The notes: a model not told the origin generated them from the sequence alone. Positions 28,306-41,037 are shown, counted from the first letter of the stretch. The stretch is 64,000 bases of DNA from an uncultured Actinomycetes bacterium (GCA_963823245.1 CAWGKQ010000012.1:61233-125232); one strand, 5' to 3'. Program-made: numbers and translations.

Positions 28306-28515
28306 GTGGCTGTAGTGAAGATCATCGAGCTCGTTGGGAGCTCGAAGACGTCGACTGACGACGCCGCGAAGCAGGCGCTTGCGTCGGCGCAATCGTCGCT
28401 GCGGAACATTCGGGCGGTCGACATCGTGTCGACCGGGATCCGCGGCGACAACCTCGACGAGTACCGCGCCCACGTACGGGTCGCATTCGTGATCGAGGGA
28501 AGCGACGTCGACTAG
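28306..28515 (+). CDS. Dodecin-family flavin-binding protein
   Basis: 69 aa. GTG follows AAGGAGGAG. The VVKIIELVGSSKTSTDDAAKQAL...LRNIRAVDIV...YRAHVRVAF pattern is present. Confidence 0.8.
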   Translation: MAVVKIIELVGSSKTSTDDAAKQALASAQSSLRNIRAVDIVSTGIRGDNLDEYRAHVRVAFVIEGSDVD

Positions 28516-28528
28516 GGAACACCCGCAA

Positions 28529-28553
28529 GGGGCCGGGCTCGAGCCGCGGCCCC
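28529..28553 (+). terminator. GC-rich hairpin after the dodecin gene
   Basis: GGGGCCGGGC-TCGA-GCC(G)CGGCCCC, followed by an AT-rich stretch. Confidence 0.4.
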
Positions 28554-28597
28554 TAAAAACCCTAATCCCAATCAGGATTCTGTAATACTGCGTCGGC

Positions 28598-30478
28598 ATG
28601 GAGCCGACGTCCGCCCCCGCGAAGCCCAAGCCTGCCGCCGATCCGGCTGAGCTCGACCAGGACCTCGCCAAGCCGCAGAAGGGCAAGGGGAAGGTCGGGA
28701 CGCTCGAGAACCCCGAGGTCTACGAGGACGTCCCCGGGCACTTCATCCCGATCCTCGAGCGCGAGTTCGACGATTTCGACACCGAGGCCGCGCGATTCAT
28801 GCGCGGCGAGCAGCCCGAGGACGAGTTCATCAAGTTCCGCCTCAAGCAGGGCGTGTACGGCCAGCGCCAGCCCGACGCGCAGATGATCCGGGTGAAGCTG
28901 CCGCTCGGCGGCATCAACCCCGGAGCAGCTCGAGATCGTTCGCCGACGTGATCGAGAAGTACGTGCCGCTCCGCAAGGGCCACATCACGACGCGGCAGAA
29001 CATCCAGATGCACCACGTGCCCCTGCCCGACGCGGCGAAGCTGATCCGCGAGATCGGCGAGAGCGGGCTCTCCTCACGCGAGGGCTGCGGGAACACCATG
29101 CGCAACGTCACCGGTGACCCCTACGCCGGAGTCTGCGCCGACGAGCCCTTCGACATCACTCCCTACGGGGCCGCCTACGTGCGCTACTTCGTCCGCCACC
29201 CCACGGCGCAGGCGATGCCGCGCAAGTTCAAGACCGCGTTCACCGCCTCCGACGCCGACCGCGCGATCGTCGGCATCCACGACCTCGGCTTCATCTCGCG
29301 CCTCCGCGACGGGGTGCGCGGCGTCGAGGTGGTCGTCGGCGGCGGGACCTCGATCATGCCGCGCGTCGCCCCCACGCTCTACGAGTTCGTCGAGCTCGAC
29401 AACGGCGACTACATCAAGGTGACCGAGGCGATCCTGCGCATCTTCGACCGCCAGGAGTGGCTCCGCGTCAACCGCGCCCGCGCTCGGATCAAGGTGCTGG
29501 TCGACAAGATCGGCATCGACGCCTTCCGCGAGATGGTGGAGGAGGAGCTGGAGGGCGACTGGGTCGGCGAGCGGGACTTCACGATCGACCGCCTCGTGCT
29601 CGATCACGACGAGGAGGCGAACGCGCCGGCGATGCCCGCGGCGCCCGCGAGCCCCAACGGAGAGCGCACCGAGTTCGAGCGCTTCGCCGCCTCGAACGTT
29701 CGCCCGCAGCGGCAGGACGGCTTCTCGACCGTGGTCGTCAAGGTCGAGCGCGGTGACCTCACCCCCGACCAGCTGCGCGGCCTGGCGGCGATCATGCGCG
29801 ACCACACAGGCGGCTACGCACGCACGACCGTGGAGCAGAATCTCGTGTTGCGCTGGGTGCGCGACCAGTCGGTCTACGACGTCTGGACACGCCTCGGCGA
29901 GCTCGGCCTCGACGAGGCGGGCGCCGACGAGATCACCGACGTCGTCTCCTGCCCGGGCACCGACTAGCTGCAAGCTCGGCATCACGAGCTCGATGGGCCT
30001 GAACCGCGCCATCTCCGAGCAGATCCACGCGATGGACATCACTGACCCGTTGACCAAGCAGGTCAACATCAGGATGTCCGGGTGCCCGAACGGGTGCGGC
30101 CAGCACCACATCGGCAACATCGGCTTCTACGGCGCGTCGATCAAGGTCGGCGAGCGCACGATCCCGGCCTACATCGCGCACGTCGGCGGCAACGGCTCCG
30201 GTGCCACGCGCTACGGCCAGCGCCTCAAGGTCCGCCTGCCGGCCAAGCGCGTGCCCGAGGCCGTCGAGCGCTGGCTGCGGATGTACGAGGCCGGGCGCGA
30301 GGGCGAGGAGACCTTCAACTCCTTCGTCGACCGCGTGGGCACCGACGACTTCGAGGCCGAGGTGAAGGACCTGTCGATGCCGATCGAGTTCAGCCTCTCC
30401 ACGCTCGACCACTTCGTCGACTGGAACCGCTCCGAGCCCTACAGGGTCGAGCGCGGCGAAGGCGAGTGCGCCGTCTGA
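28598..30478 (+). pseudogene. sir: Ferredoxin-type sulfite reductase (NirA/Sir hemoprotein), three single-base insertions
   Basis: Three ORFs (28598.., 28948.., 29753..) join into one nitrite/sulfite reductase: RLKQGVYGQRQ, GHITTRQNIQMH, SREGCGNTMRNVTGDP, VSCPGTD|SCKLGITSS, MSGCPNGCGQHH. Extra bases are near 28922, 28941 and 29965 (the last creates a TAG). Confidence 0.8.
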
Positions 30479-31258
30479 TGGCCGCGCCTCCAAGCCAGAT
30501 CGAGGTGCTGCGGCCGCGCCCGCTGCACGAGGACGCCCCGAACGGAAACGGCAATGGTCGTGTCGAGCTGCCCGCGATCGGCGGCCAGCATCGTCGATCC
30601 CGACGAGGTCGCGGCCGAGGTCGAGGCGATGGACGCCGACGAGGCGATCGCGTGGGCGATCGAGACCTTCCACCCGGCGCTCAAGTTCGCCACGTCGTTC
30701 CAGAAGACCAGCTCGGTGACGATCGACATCGCGCACGGGATCAAGCCCGACGCGCGGTTCTTCTACCTGGACACGGAGCTCCTGTTCCCCGAGACCTACG
30801 AGACCCGCGACAGGCTCGCGGATCACTTCGGGATCGAGTTCGAGCGGTTCGCCGGGATCGCGCTGGTCGCGAACAGACCGAACAGCACGGCGCTAACCTC
30901 TGGCGCCGCGATCCGGACGCCTGCTGCGGGATCCGCAAGGTTGAGACGATGCGCGAGGCCCTCGATGGGGCCGAGTGCTGGGTCTCAGGAATCCGCAGAG
31001 CCGACTCCGAAACTCGCGCCGGCGCCGCGAAGTTCGGCTGGGACAAGCGATTTGGCTTGTGGAAGCTGAACCCGCTCGCGGACTGGGACGAAAAGAGACT
31101 CTGGACCTACATCAAGGATCATCACGTGCCATACAACCCACTTCACGACCAGGGGTATCCGTCGATCGGATGCATGCCCTGCACCTCGATGCCCGGCGAG
31201 GGCGAGGACGATCGCGCCGGCCGCTGGGCCGGCACCGACCGGAGCGAGTGCGGAATAA

Positions 31259-31266
<8 letters not shown>
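30478..31266 (+). pseudogene. cysH: Adenylylsulfate (APS/PAPS) reductase, two frameshifts
   Basis: ATG overlaps the sir stop (TGATG). AIAWAIETFHPALKFATSFQ...FFYLDTELLFPETYETRD is in ORF 30554... LWRRDPDACCGIRKVE...WKLNPLADW...YPSIGCMPCT is in ORF 30082..31266. Shifts are near 30584 and 30870. The CC...CxxC cysteines are present. Confidence 0.8.
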
Positions 31267-32895
<1,629 letters not shown>

Positions 32896-32956
32896 TAGGC
32901 GGCGCATCGCCGCGGAAGCCCCCAAAGCGGCTTCACGCCGCGGCTACCGGCTCGCC

Positions 32957-33541
32957 ATGGCCGCGGTGCGGCCGGTGATTCGCGGCTGGGGGCGGCTCGA
33001 GGTGGAGGGCGTCGAGGCCCTCCCGACGAGCGGCCCCGTGCTCCTCGCCGGCAACCACGACAGCTGGTGGGACACGGTGACGATCGGCGTCGCCGCGCGC
33101 GAGCGGCGCCAGATCTTCGCGCTCGCCAAGGCCGAGCTCTGGGGGACGCCGGGCCTGGGCCGCCTGCTCGACTCGATGGGCCAGATCCCGATCGAGCGCG
33201 GGGCTGGCGACGCCGGCGCCCTCGAGCGCGCCATCGCGGCGCTTCGCGACGGCGCCTGCGTCGGCATCTTCCCCGAGGGGACGCGGGCGAAGGGAAGGGA
33301 GCTGCGGGCCCGCAGCGGCATCGGCCGCCTCGCCGCGGCCATTCCCGAAGCCGAGATCGTGCTGTGCACCGCCTCGGGGACGGCCGACTTCATCCGCTTC
33401 CCGCGCCGGCCGAAGACGCGGGTCGAGTTCTTCCGCCCGCGCGGCGGCGGGCTGGCAGAGGGCGAGGCGCCGGGCGACTTCTCGGCCCGGCTTCTGGCCG
33501 AGATCCGCGAGCGCGTGCCGCCGCAGCGCTTCGGCCGCTGA
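32957..33541 (+). CDS. 1-acyl-sn-glycerol-3-phosphate acyltransferase family (PlsC-like)
   Basis: NHDSWWD (HX4D) and FPEGTR motifs. Confidence 0.8.
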   Translation: MAAVRPVIRGWGRLEVEGVEALPTSGPVLLAGNHDSWWDTVTIGVAARERRQIFALAKAELWGTPGLGRLLDSMGQIPIERGAGDAGALERAIAALRDGACVGIFPEGTRAKGRELRARSGIGRLAAAIPEAEIVLCTASGTADFIRFPRRPKTRVEFFRPRGGGLAEGEAPGDFSARLLAEIRERVPPQRFGR

Positions 33542-33688
33542 GGCTCAGGCCAGCAGCGCTCGGAGACTCGCCACAGCCCCCGCGCGGTCCTTCCGCTCGT
33601 CGAGTCGACTCTTTCAGGGCTATAGGCTATCGCCAACTGCGCCCGCCGCCTTGCGCTCAGGCAGCCCCAGCGGCGATGATTACCCGCG

Positions 33689-36600
33689 ATGGCAGTGGCA
33701 GACGGGGGAGCTCGGGAAGTCCGCAAGAAGATCACGGCCGTGTTCGCCGACATGGCCGGGTCGACGGCGCTCGCGGAGCAGCTCGACCCCGAGGTGTTTC
33801 GCGCCGTCGTGCGGCGGTTCTTCGAGCGCCTCGCGGCGGTGATCGAGCGGCACGGCGGCGAGATCGAGAACCTCGTCGGCGACGAGGTCTCCGGCCTCTT
33901 CGGCGTGCCGCTCACGCGGGAGGACGACGCGCAGCGCGCTGTCGCGGCGGCCGTCGACATGCTGAGCGAGCTCGAGGCCCTGAACGACGAGCTGGAGCCC
34001 CGGCTCGACGTGAGGCTCCAGATCCGGATCGGGATCAACACCGGGACCGTCCTTGTCGGCGAGCCGATCGCCGGGCGCCCGATGGCGCTCGGCGACGCGG
34101 TCACCGTCGCCGCCCGACTCGAGAAGAAGGCGGCGCCGGGGGAGATCCTGATCGGCGAGGAGACCTATCGGCTCGTGCGCGGCGCGTTCAGGGCCGAGGC
34201 CGCCGGAGAGCTCGAGCTCCGCGGCCGCACCGAGCCGATCGCCGCCTACCGGCTCCTGAAGGCGCGGCCCACGGCGGCCGGCGAGGCGCCGGTCGACGGG
34301 CCGCTGATCGGCCGGGGTCGTGAGCTCTCGCTGCTCGGGGTCGCGTTCCAGCGCGCGCTCGCGCGCCGCCAATGCGAGTTCGTGACGATCGCGGGTGATG
34401 CGGGGGTCGGCAAGTCGCGCCTCGTCGCGGAGGTCTTCGAGCGCTACCGCCCCCAGGCCCAGCTCCTGGTCGGCCGCTGCCTGCCCTACGGGCGCGGCTC
34501 AACGTTTTGGCCGCTCGTTGAGATCGTCTCCCAGGCGACGGGAATCGACGACTCCGACTCCCGCGACGTCGCCCTCGCGAAGCTCGACGCCGCGCTCGAG
34601 GAGGATCCCGACGGTGCGGCGGTCGCGCGCCACCTGGCTCAGATCGTCGGGCTCGCCGACGACCTCGAGCCCGGAGAGCACACGTTCTGGGCGGTGCAGC
34701 GCCTGCTCGAGGCGATCGCGTCCGACCGCCCCCTGATCGTGGTCATCGAGGACCTCCATTGGGCGGAGCCGACGCTGCTCGACCTCGTCGAGCACGTCGC
34801 GCGGAGAAGCCGCTCGGCGCCGATCCTGCTCATCGCCACCGCCCGCTTCGACCTGCTCGACGAGCGGCCCTCGTGGGATGAGACCTGCCCGACGATCATC
34901 TCCCTGCGGCCCCTCGGGCGCGACGAGGTGACCACCATGATCGAGCTCCTCGTCGGCCCCAGCCTGCCGCCGGCCGTGCACGAGCAGCTCGTCGAGGTGG
35001 CGGCGGGGAATCCCCTGTTCGTCGAGCAGGTGCTCTCGATGCTGGTCGACGAGGGAGAGCTTCGCCGCACCGAGGACGGCTGGGTCGCCGACTCCGGCCT
35101 CGACGAGGTGATCGTGCCGCCCGACCGTCGAGGCGATCCTGGCGGCGCGCATCGACCACCTGAGCGAGGGCGAGCGGCTCTTCGCCGAACGGGCGTCGGT
35201 GATCGGCAAGGAGTTCGCCGCCGAGTCGGTGCTGGCCCTCGGCGGGCGAGCCGCCGACAACGCGCTCGAGGGCCTGATGCGAAAGCAGCTGATCGAGCCG
35301 ATTCGCCGCGCCGGGCCGATCGAGGACTACAGGTTCCGCCACCTCCTCGTGCGCGACGTCGTCTACGAGTCGATGTCGAAGTCTCGCCGCGGCGAGCTCC
35401 ACGAGCGCTTCGCAGACTGGCTTGTCGAATGGGCGTCCTCGCGCCTCGGCCAATTCGAGGAGATCCTCGGCTACCACCTCGAGAGCGCCTACCGCTACCG
35501 CCGTGAGCTGCTCGCCGACGACGATGACCTCGCCGAGCTCGCCTCGCGCGCCGCGCGCCACCTCGTCGCCGCGGGACGCCGCGCGGCCCGGCGCCAGGAC
35601 GACGCCGGCGCGGCCGCGCTACTGAGCCGCGGCGTCGCCCTTCTCGCCGAGGGCAACGCCGCCTCCCGCCTGGAGCCCCTGTTCGACCTCGGGACGGCGC
35701 TCATCCGCCGGGGCGACACCGCCGCGGCGGAGGAGGTGCTCGCCGACGCCCGGCGCGCGGTGATCGCCGACGGCGATCCCCGGGCGGAGGTGCGGATGCG
35801 CATCCTCGACCTGACGCTCAAGCGTCTGGTCGACCCGGAGTGGTGGGCCGAGAACGGCCGGGCGACCGCGACACAGATTCTCACCCGCTGCCAGGAGCTG
35901 GGCGACGAGCTCGACGAAGCGAAGGCCTGGCACATCTTGGGGAAGGTCCACTCGGACCGCGGGGAGCAGGCCGCGGCCGCCGAGGCCCTCGAGCGCGCGC
36001 TCGAGCAGGCGGAGCGCGCCGGCGACGCCGGCGTCGAGGCCTGGATCCGGTACTGGCTCCTCCAGGCGGCGGTGTTCGGCCCGACCCCGTGCGACAAGGT
36101 GGTCGCGCGCGCCCGCGGGGACCTCGAGTGGGCGCGCGCTCACGACAACCGCGCGCTCGAGGGATCGACGCTGGGACGGATGGGCGAGATGCTCGCCCGC
36201 TCCGGCCGCGTCGCCGAGGCCCAGGACGCGTTCGCCGAGGCGCGCCGCATCTTCGATGACCTGGGCCTCCCCGTCCACATCGCCTATCACGCCGCGTCCA
36301 CCGCGACGAGCGAGCCGCTGGCGTCGGATCCCCCCGGCGCCGAGCGCGAGCTGCGCTTCGCCGTCGACTACTTCGAGTCGATCGGGGCCAAGGCCATCCA
36401 GGCGACGATCATGCCGATGCTCGCCACGACCCTCGTGCCCCAGGGACGCTATGACGAGGCGATCGAGCTCTCCGAGCGCTCCCAGGAGGTCGCCGGCAGC
36501 GACGATCTCGACGCGAACGTGCGCTGGCGCGTCGTCCGCGCCGAGGCGCTGCTTGGGCTCGGCGAGGTGACTGCCGCCGAAGGGCTGGCCCGGGAGGCGG

Positions 36601-36810
36601 TCGACCTGGCGTCCGCCAGCGACACCGTGATCCTCCACGCGAACGCCCTGGCCTGCCTCGGCGAGGTGCTCGGCGGCGACCGCGATGCCCACCGAAGCCG
36701 TGCCGGTGATCGAATCGGCCATCGACCTCTACGAGGGCAAGGGCGATGTCGTCTCCGCGGCCCGCGCGCGCGAGCGCCTGGAGTCGGTCGCCGAGGCGCG
36801 GTCGGGCTGA
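33689..36810 (+). pseudogene. Class III adenylate/guanylate cyclase - AAA/STAND ATPase - TPR signalling protein (~1040 aa), two frameshifts
   Basis: Cyclase motifs are FADMAGSTAL, GDEVSGLFG and IGINTGTVLVG. Walker A is GDAGVGKSRL and Walker B is LIVVIEDLHWAEP. TPR-like repeats follow. One shift is at about 35123 (VPP|TVEAILAARIDHL). The other is at about 36672-36686, giving the tail ...PVIESAIDLYEGKGDVVSAARARERL and stop 36808-36810. Confidence 0.75.
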
Positions 36811-36825
36811 GACGGCGCGCCCGCG

Positions 36826-37220
36826 CTATTCAAGCCCGGCGGCTTCGCGAGCGGCGCGCTCGTCGAGAAAGGCGTCCATGCGCACGACCCGATCGCCGCG
36901 AAGGCGCCAAACGTGGAAGATCTCGAGGTCGATCTTCCGCGCCGCCTCCCCGCCCCCGCCCCCGCGCGTGCACGCGCGCGAGCGCCGACCTCATCCGGAC
37001 TCTCCTCGAGCTCGGTGATCTCGAAGGAGAACTCCTCCCACAGGCGGTCGAAGCTCCGCACGAAACCGGCGAACTCATCGCGGCCGATGGTCGCCTTCGG
37101 CCCGGGCACCTCCGGCGCCTCGTGCCAGACGAACTCCGGCTCCATGATCTCCCGCATCGTTTCGACGTCGCCGCGATTGAACGCGTCGTAGCCTCGGTCG
37201 AGGATCTCCCTTGCGCTCAC
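36826..37220 (-). pseudogene. SnoaL/NTF2-like protein, two frameshifts (near 36986 and 36955)
   Basis: MSAREILDRGYDAFNRGDVETMREIMEPEFVWHEAP...ITELEESPDEV, then LARVHARGRG in a second frame, then EAARKIDLEIFHVWRLRGDRVVRMDAFLDERAAREAAGLE-stop in the third. Confidence 0.55.
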
Positions 37221-37495
37221 TTCGCCAGGGCGAAGCTCGTGAAGTCCTGGTTGTACACGGGGTGAAAGTAGACGTTCGGGAAGTCGATGCGATCCGACGT
37301 GAACGTGACCGAGCGCTGGTTGCCGATGCAGGTACCGTCTCGCCGTGACGTCAGGGCTCGACGCGCGACACCGAGCCGCGCTCGCGCTGATGCGCTCGGG
37401 CGCGACGGCCGCTCGAGCAGCCGCGCGGCGATCGCGAGCTCGCGGACGAGCCGCGGCTTCCGGAGGCCGGCGCCGAAGAGCTCGACGCAGAGCTC

Positions 37496-38254
37496 TTGCG
37501 CTCGGCGATCCTCAAGCGCGGCTGCCTGCTCGTCCGGGGGCTGGTCGATCCCGGTGAGGCGGAGGCCCTGCGCAAAGAGGTCGACCGCGCCTTCGAGGCG
37601 CGGCAGCGAGTGCGCGAGGGGCAGGTCGACGACTCCCACTACTACGAGGAGTTCGTTCCCGAGGAGAGGTTCGAGCTCGCCGAACACCGCTGGATGGTCA
37701 ATGGCCCAACCTCGCTCTGGCTCGCCGACTCACCGCAGGTGACCGCGACCGTCCTCGCGCTGTGCGAGCGCACCGGCTTTCGGGATCTCGCCACGACCTA
37801 CCTCGGCGAGCGGCCGGCGATCTCGATCAACAAGTCCACCCTGCGCAAGGTGGGTCCGGAGACGTTCGCGACCGAGCCGCCGAGCATGTGGCACCAGGAC
37901 GGGGCCTTCCTCGGCGACGTGCGCGCCCTGAACCTCTGGCTCGCGCTCACCCGTTGCGGCGACGTCGCCCCCGGCATGGACATCGTCCCCAAGCGTCTCG
38001 AGGAGATCGTTCCCACGGGTACGAACGGCGCCCTGTTCGACTGGTCCGTCTCGCGCGAGGTGGCGGCGGAGACCGCAGGCGACGGCGGTGTCGAGAGGCC
38101 GGTGTTCGCACCGGGCGACGCGCTCCTCTTCGACGAGATGCTCCTGCACTCGACGAGCGGAACGGCCGAGATGACCAGCACCCGATACGCCATCGAGTGC
38201 TGGTTCTTCGGCCCCTCGGCCTTCCCCGAGGACTACGCGCCCATTCTGCTCTAA
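37496..38254 (+). CDS. Phytanoyl-CoA dioxygenase-like Fe(II)/2OG oxygenase (true start probably upstream)
   Basis: WHQDGAF (HxD) and a distal LLHST histidine. The frame is open and sensible back to 37391 (RELADEPRLPEAGAEELDAELL) without a canonical start. An ATG at 37390 is in another frame. Confidence 0.6.
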   Translation: MRSAILKRGCLLVRGLVDPGEAEALRKEVDRAFEARQRVREGQVDDSHYYEEFVPEERFELAEHRWMVNGPTSLWLADSPQVTATVLALCERTGFRDLATTYLGERPAISINKSTLRKVGPETFATEPPSMWHQDGAFLGDVRALNLWLALTRCGDVAPGMDIVPKRLEEIVPTGTNGALFDWSVSREVAAETAGDGGVERPVFAPGDALLFDEMLLHSTSGTAEMTSTRYAIECWFFGPSAFPEDYAPILL

Positions 38255-38260
38255 CCGCCG

Positions 38261-38677
38261 CTAGCGATTCTGCTTCGAGGACTGATCGCAGGGCGGCGGC
38301 GAGAGCGCCGCGCCGGGGGCGCCGGCGCGGCGCGCGGCGGAAGCGGCGGGGCTCCGCACTCCTTCGCCGCCTTGCGAAAAGCCTTCGACGCGGCGGCCGA
38401 CGGCGGGACGAACGAGGCCATGGGCTCTCTTCCGCGCGCCCGGAATGGCCTTGCTCTTCATGCATTCGGCGGTCTTCGCAGCCCGCCTGCGCATGGCGCC
38501 GTCGAGCGCCTGGGGCGGCGGCGGGAATGGCGGCGGGCCCGCCGAGCCACGGGAGCCGCTGCCGCCCTGGCTCGACCCCCCTCCCGAGTCGCCGAAGGCG
38601 GGCACGGCGATGGCCGCGATGCCGACGGCGAGGATGGCGGCGGCGATCGGCCGCCCGTTGCCCAGAAGCTTCCTCAT
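38261..38677 (-). CDS. Small secreted Gly/Pro-rich protein
   Basis: ATG at 38677 follows AAAGGAG. Signal peptide MRKLLGNGRPIAAAILAVGIAAIAVPAFG. The distal half may be frameshifted, because an alternative frame gives SKAFRKAAKECGAPPLPP, echoing AAKTAECMKSK. Confidence 0.45.
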   Translation of the reverse strand: MRKLLGNGRPIAAAILAVGIAAIAVPAFGDSGGGSSQGGSGSRGSAGPPPFPPPPQALDGAMRRRAAKTAECMKSKAIPGARKRAHGLVRPAVGRRVEGFSQGGEGVRSPAASAARRAGAPGAALSPPPCDQSSKQNR

Positions 38678-38762
38678 GATCGTTCTCCTTTCGCTGGGGT
38701 CCACGCAGCCCACCCCACCAGGGAAGGCTGGGATGAGCCTGGCAGCCGGCTGAGAATCCGCT

Positions 38763-39587
38763 CTAGGAGCCCGGGCGCTGAGGCACGACGGGCTCGCCGA
38801 GCCCGTAGGTGTCGTAGGCGCCGAAGCGCGAGAAGGTCTTGTGCGTCGGGCCGTGGAAGTCCGACGACGCCGTGGGCGCGAGGCCGAGCTCCTCGCAGAG
38901 CTCGAGGCAGTGCTTCGTCTGCTCGGGCGTGTGCGCGGGGTAGAAGGTCTCGAGGCCCTCGATGCCGACGTCGGCGTTGAGGCTCGAGACGAGGTCGCGC
39001 ACGGCGTCAGGGTCCTTGACGTCCCAGTAGGGATGCGCGACGGCAGCGACGCCGCCCGCATCGTGGATCAGCTCGACCGCCTGCTCGGCGGTGGGCCACT
39101 TCCGGGCGACGAAGGCCTTGGCCCCGGGCACCAGGTACTCCTCGAAGAAGGGCCCGAGGTCGGGACCCGCACCGGCCGCCCGCGCGATGTGCGGCCGACC
39201 GATCGAGTCGGCCGCTCCCGACTCGCGAACCGCGTCGTCGAAGGTCACCTCAACGCCGAGGGCGTTCAGCCGGTCGATGATCTCGTGGGCCCGGTTCACG
39301 CGCTCCTGTTGCGCGCGCTCGCACGCGGCCGCGATTCGCTCCGTGTCGACCCAGTAGCCGAGTACGTGGAGGTCGTCCGAGTAGCGGTGAACGCACGACA
39401 TCTCCACCGCCGGAACGCACTCGATGCCCGCCTCCTCGGCTGCCGCGACGGCCTCGCGCACGCCGGCGACCGCGTCGTGGTCGGTGAGCGACATCACCGT
39501 CACGCCCGCCTCGGCGGCCGCGCGCGCCACGTCGGCCGGCTCGAGCTGGCCGTCGGAGACGACGGAGTGGGATTGGAGGTCGATCAA
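38763..39587 (-). CDS. PHP-domain metal-dependent phosphoesterase (TrpH/YciV-like)
   Basis: IDLQSHSVVSDG, LTDHD, AHP and SDFHG motifs. The TTG at 39587 gives the usual M-IDLH-type N-terminus. The listed start 39635 would overlap the Rrf2 gene. Confidence 0.75.
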   Translation of the reverse strand: MIDLQSHSVVSDGQLEPADVARAAAEAGVTVMSLTDHDAVAGVREAVAAAEEAGIECVPAVEMSCVHRYSDDLHVLGYWVDTERIAAACERAQQERVNRAHEIIDRLNALGVEVTFDDAVRESGAADSIGRPHIARAAGAGPDLGPFFEEYLVPGAKAFVARKWPTAEQAVELIHDAGGVAAVAHPYWDVKDPDAVRDLVSSLNADVGIEGLETFYPAHTPEQTKHCLELCEELGLAPTASSDFHGPTHKTFSRFGAYDTYGLGEPVVPQRPGS

Positions 39588-39612
39588 ATTGTTGACCTGA
39601 GATGCGACAATT
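39587..39612. promoter_or_regulatory. Imperfect palindrome in the PHP/Rrf2 divergent spacer (candidate Rrf2 operator)
   Basis: AATTGTTG-N10-CGACAATT in an AT-rich 31-nt spacer. GACAAT lies 7 nt before the Rrf2 ATG. Confidence 0.3.
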
Positions 39613-39618
39613 GGGCCC

Positions 39619-40074
39619 ATGAGGATATCCGCCAAGGCCGATTACGCGCTTCGAGCCGCGCTGGAGCTCGCCGCCGCGGGGGACGACCCCGTGAAGGGCG
39701 AGCGCCTCGCCAAATCGCAGGACATCCCCCTTCACTTCCTCGAGCACATCCTGCTGGAGCTCAAGCACGCGCGCCTGGTGCGGGCCCGCCGCGGCGCCCG
39801 CGGCGGCTACTGGCTTGCGAAGGCGCCCGAGGAGATCACCGTCGCCGACGTGATTCGCGCCGTGGAGGGCCCGCTCGCGAACATCCACGAGTCGGCGCCC
39901 GAGGACCTCCACTACGAAGGCGCCGCCGAGCGCCTGCGCGACGTCTGGGTCGCGGTGCGGGCGAACCTTCGCGGCGTGCTCGAGAGCGTGACCCTTGCCG
40001 ACGTGGTCTCGAAGCAGCTCTCCTGGCAGCTCGAAGCCCTCCTTTCCGACCCGGAGGTCTGGGTCAAGCGATAG
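39619..40074 (+). CDS. Rrf2-family transcriptional regulator
   Basis: MRISAKADYALRAALELA...IPLHFLEHILLELKHARLVRARRGARGGYWLA, a canonical Rrf2 HTH. Confidence 0.85.
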   Translation: MRISAKADYALRAALELAAAGDDPVKGERLAKSQDIPLHFLEHILLELKHARLVRARRGARGGYWLAKAPEEITVADVIRAVEGPLANIHESAPEDLHYEGAAERLRDVWVAVRANLRGVLESVTLADVVSKQLSWQLEALLSDPEVWVKR

Positions 40075-40137
40075 CTGCCCCTCGGCTAGGATCCTCCGGT
40101 TGTTTTTGCGTAATCCAATCGGAAAACTCGACAGAGC

Positions 40138-41037
40138 GTGCAGCCAGAGGTAATCGCACTAGGCCTCGGCATCGGCACGCTCGTCGGCATGACCGGCATG
40201 GGCGGCGCCTCGCTCATGACGCCGCTTCTGATCCTCGTGGTCGGGACCTCGCCGGTCACCGCGATCGGCACCGACATCTTCTACGGCGCGATCACGAAGA
40301 CGGTGGGCGGCTGGCAGCACCTCAAGAAGTACACGGTGCACCTGGGTCTCGTGTTCTGGCTCGCGGTGGGGAGCGTGCCGGCCGCCCTCGCGGGCGTCAA
40401 GGTGATCGAGCTCATCGAGTCGAGGTACGGCGAGGACACCGTCAACCAGGTCGCGCTCGGGATGGTCGGCGCCGCCCTCCTCGTCGTGGGGGTGGCAACG
40501 CTGATCCGCTCGCTGTTCCTGCGCGACGTGATCCCCGACCGCCACGCGTTGCACCTCTACCGCAAGGACAAGATCGTCGCGATCATCACCGGCGTCATCA
40601 CCGGCTTCATCATCGGCCTGACCTCGGCCGGCAGCGGCACGCTGATCGCCATCGTCCTCATCGCGGTCTTCCGCCTCACGCCGCAGCGCGTGGTCGGCAC
40701 CGACATCGTCCACGCGGCGGTGCTCCTATGGGCGGCCGGCATCGCCAACTGGATCGGCTCGAACATCGACTTCGCCCTGGCCGGGAACATCCTCATCGGC
40801 TCGATCCCCGGCGTCCTGATCGGCGCGCACTACTCGACCCGGGTGCCACAGAACGCCCTGCGGAACGCGCTCGGAGTGGTGCTCATCGGCTCGGCCCTGA
40901 CGCTGCTCATCAAGCAGAAGCCTCCGGCCTCGGTGCTCATCCCCTCGTTCGCGGTCGCGGGCGCGATGATCGCCGGGCTCCTGATCTTCCAGGCGATGCT
41001 GCACCGCCAGCACGTGGCCAAGGCCCGGCCGAGCTAG
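40138..41037 (+). CDS. TauE/SafE-family sulfite/anion exporter
   Basis: 299 aa, 8 helices. GMTGMGGASLMTPLL and a second-half GLTSAGSGTLIAIVL repeat. Confidence 0.8.
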   Translation: MQPEVIALGLGIGTLVGMTGMGGASLMTPLLILVVGTSPVTAIGTDIFYGAITKTVGGWQHLKKYTVHLGLVFWLAVGSVPAALAGVKVIELIESRYGEDTVNQVALGMVGAALLVVGVATLIRSLFLRDVIPDRHALHLYRKDKIVAIITGVITGFIIGLTSAGSGTLIAIVLIAVFRLTPQRVVGTDIVHAAVLLWAAGIANWIGSNIDFALAGNILIGSIPGVLIGAHYSTRVPQNALRNALGVVLIGSALTLLIKQKPPASVLIPSFAVAGAMIAGLLIFQAMLHRQHVAKARPS

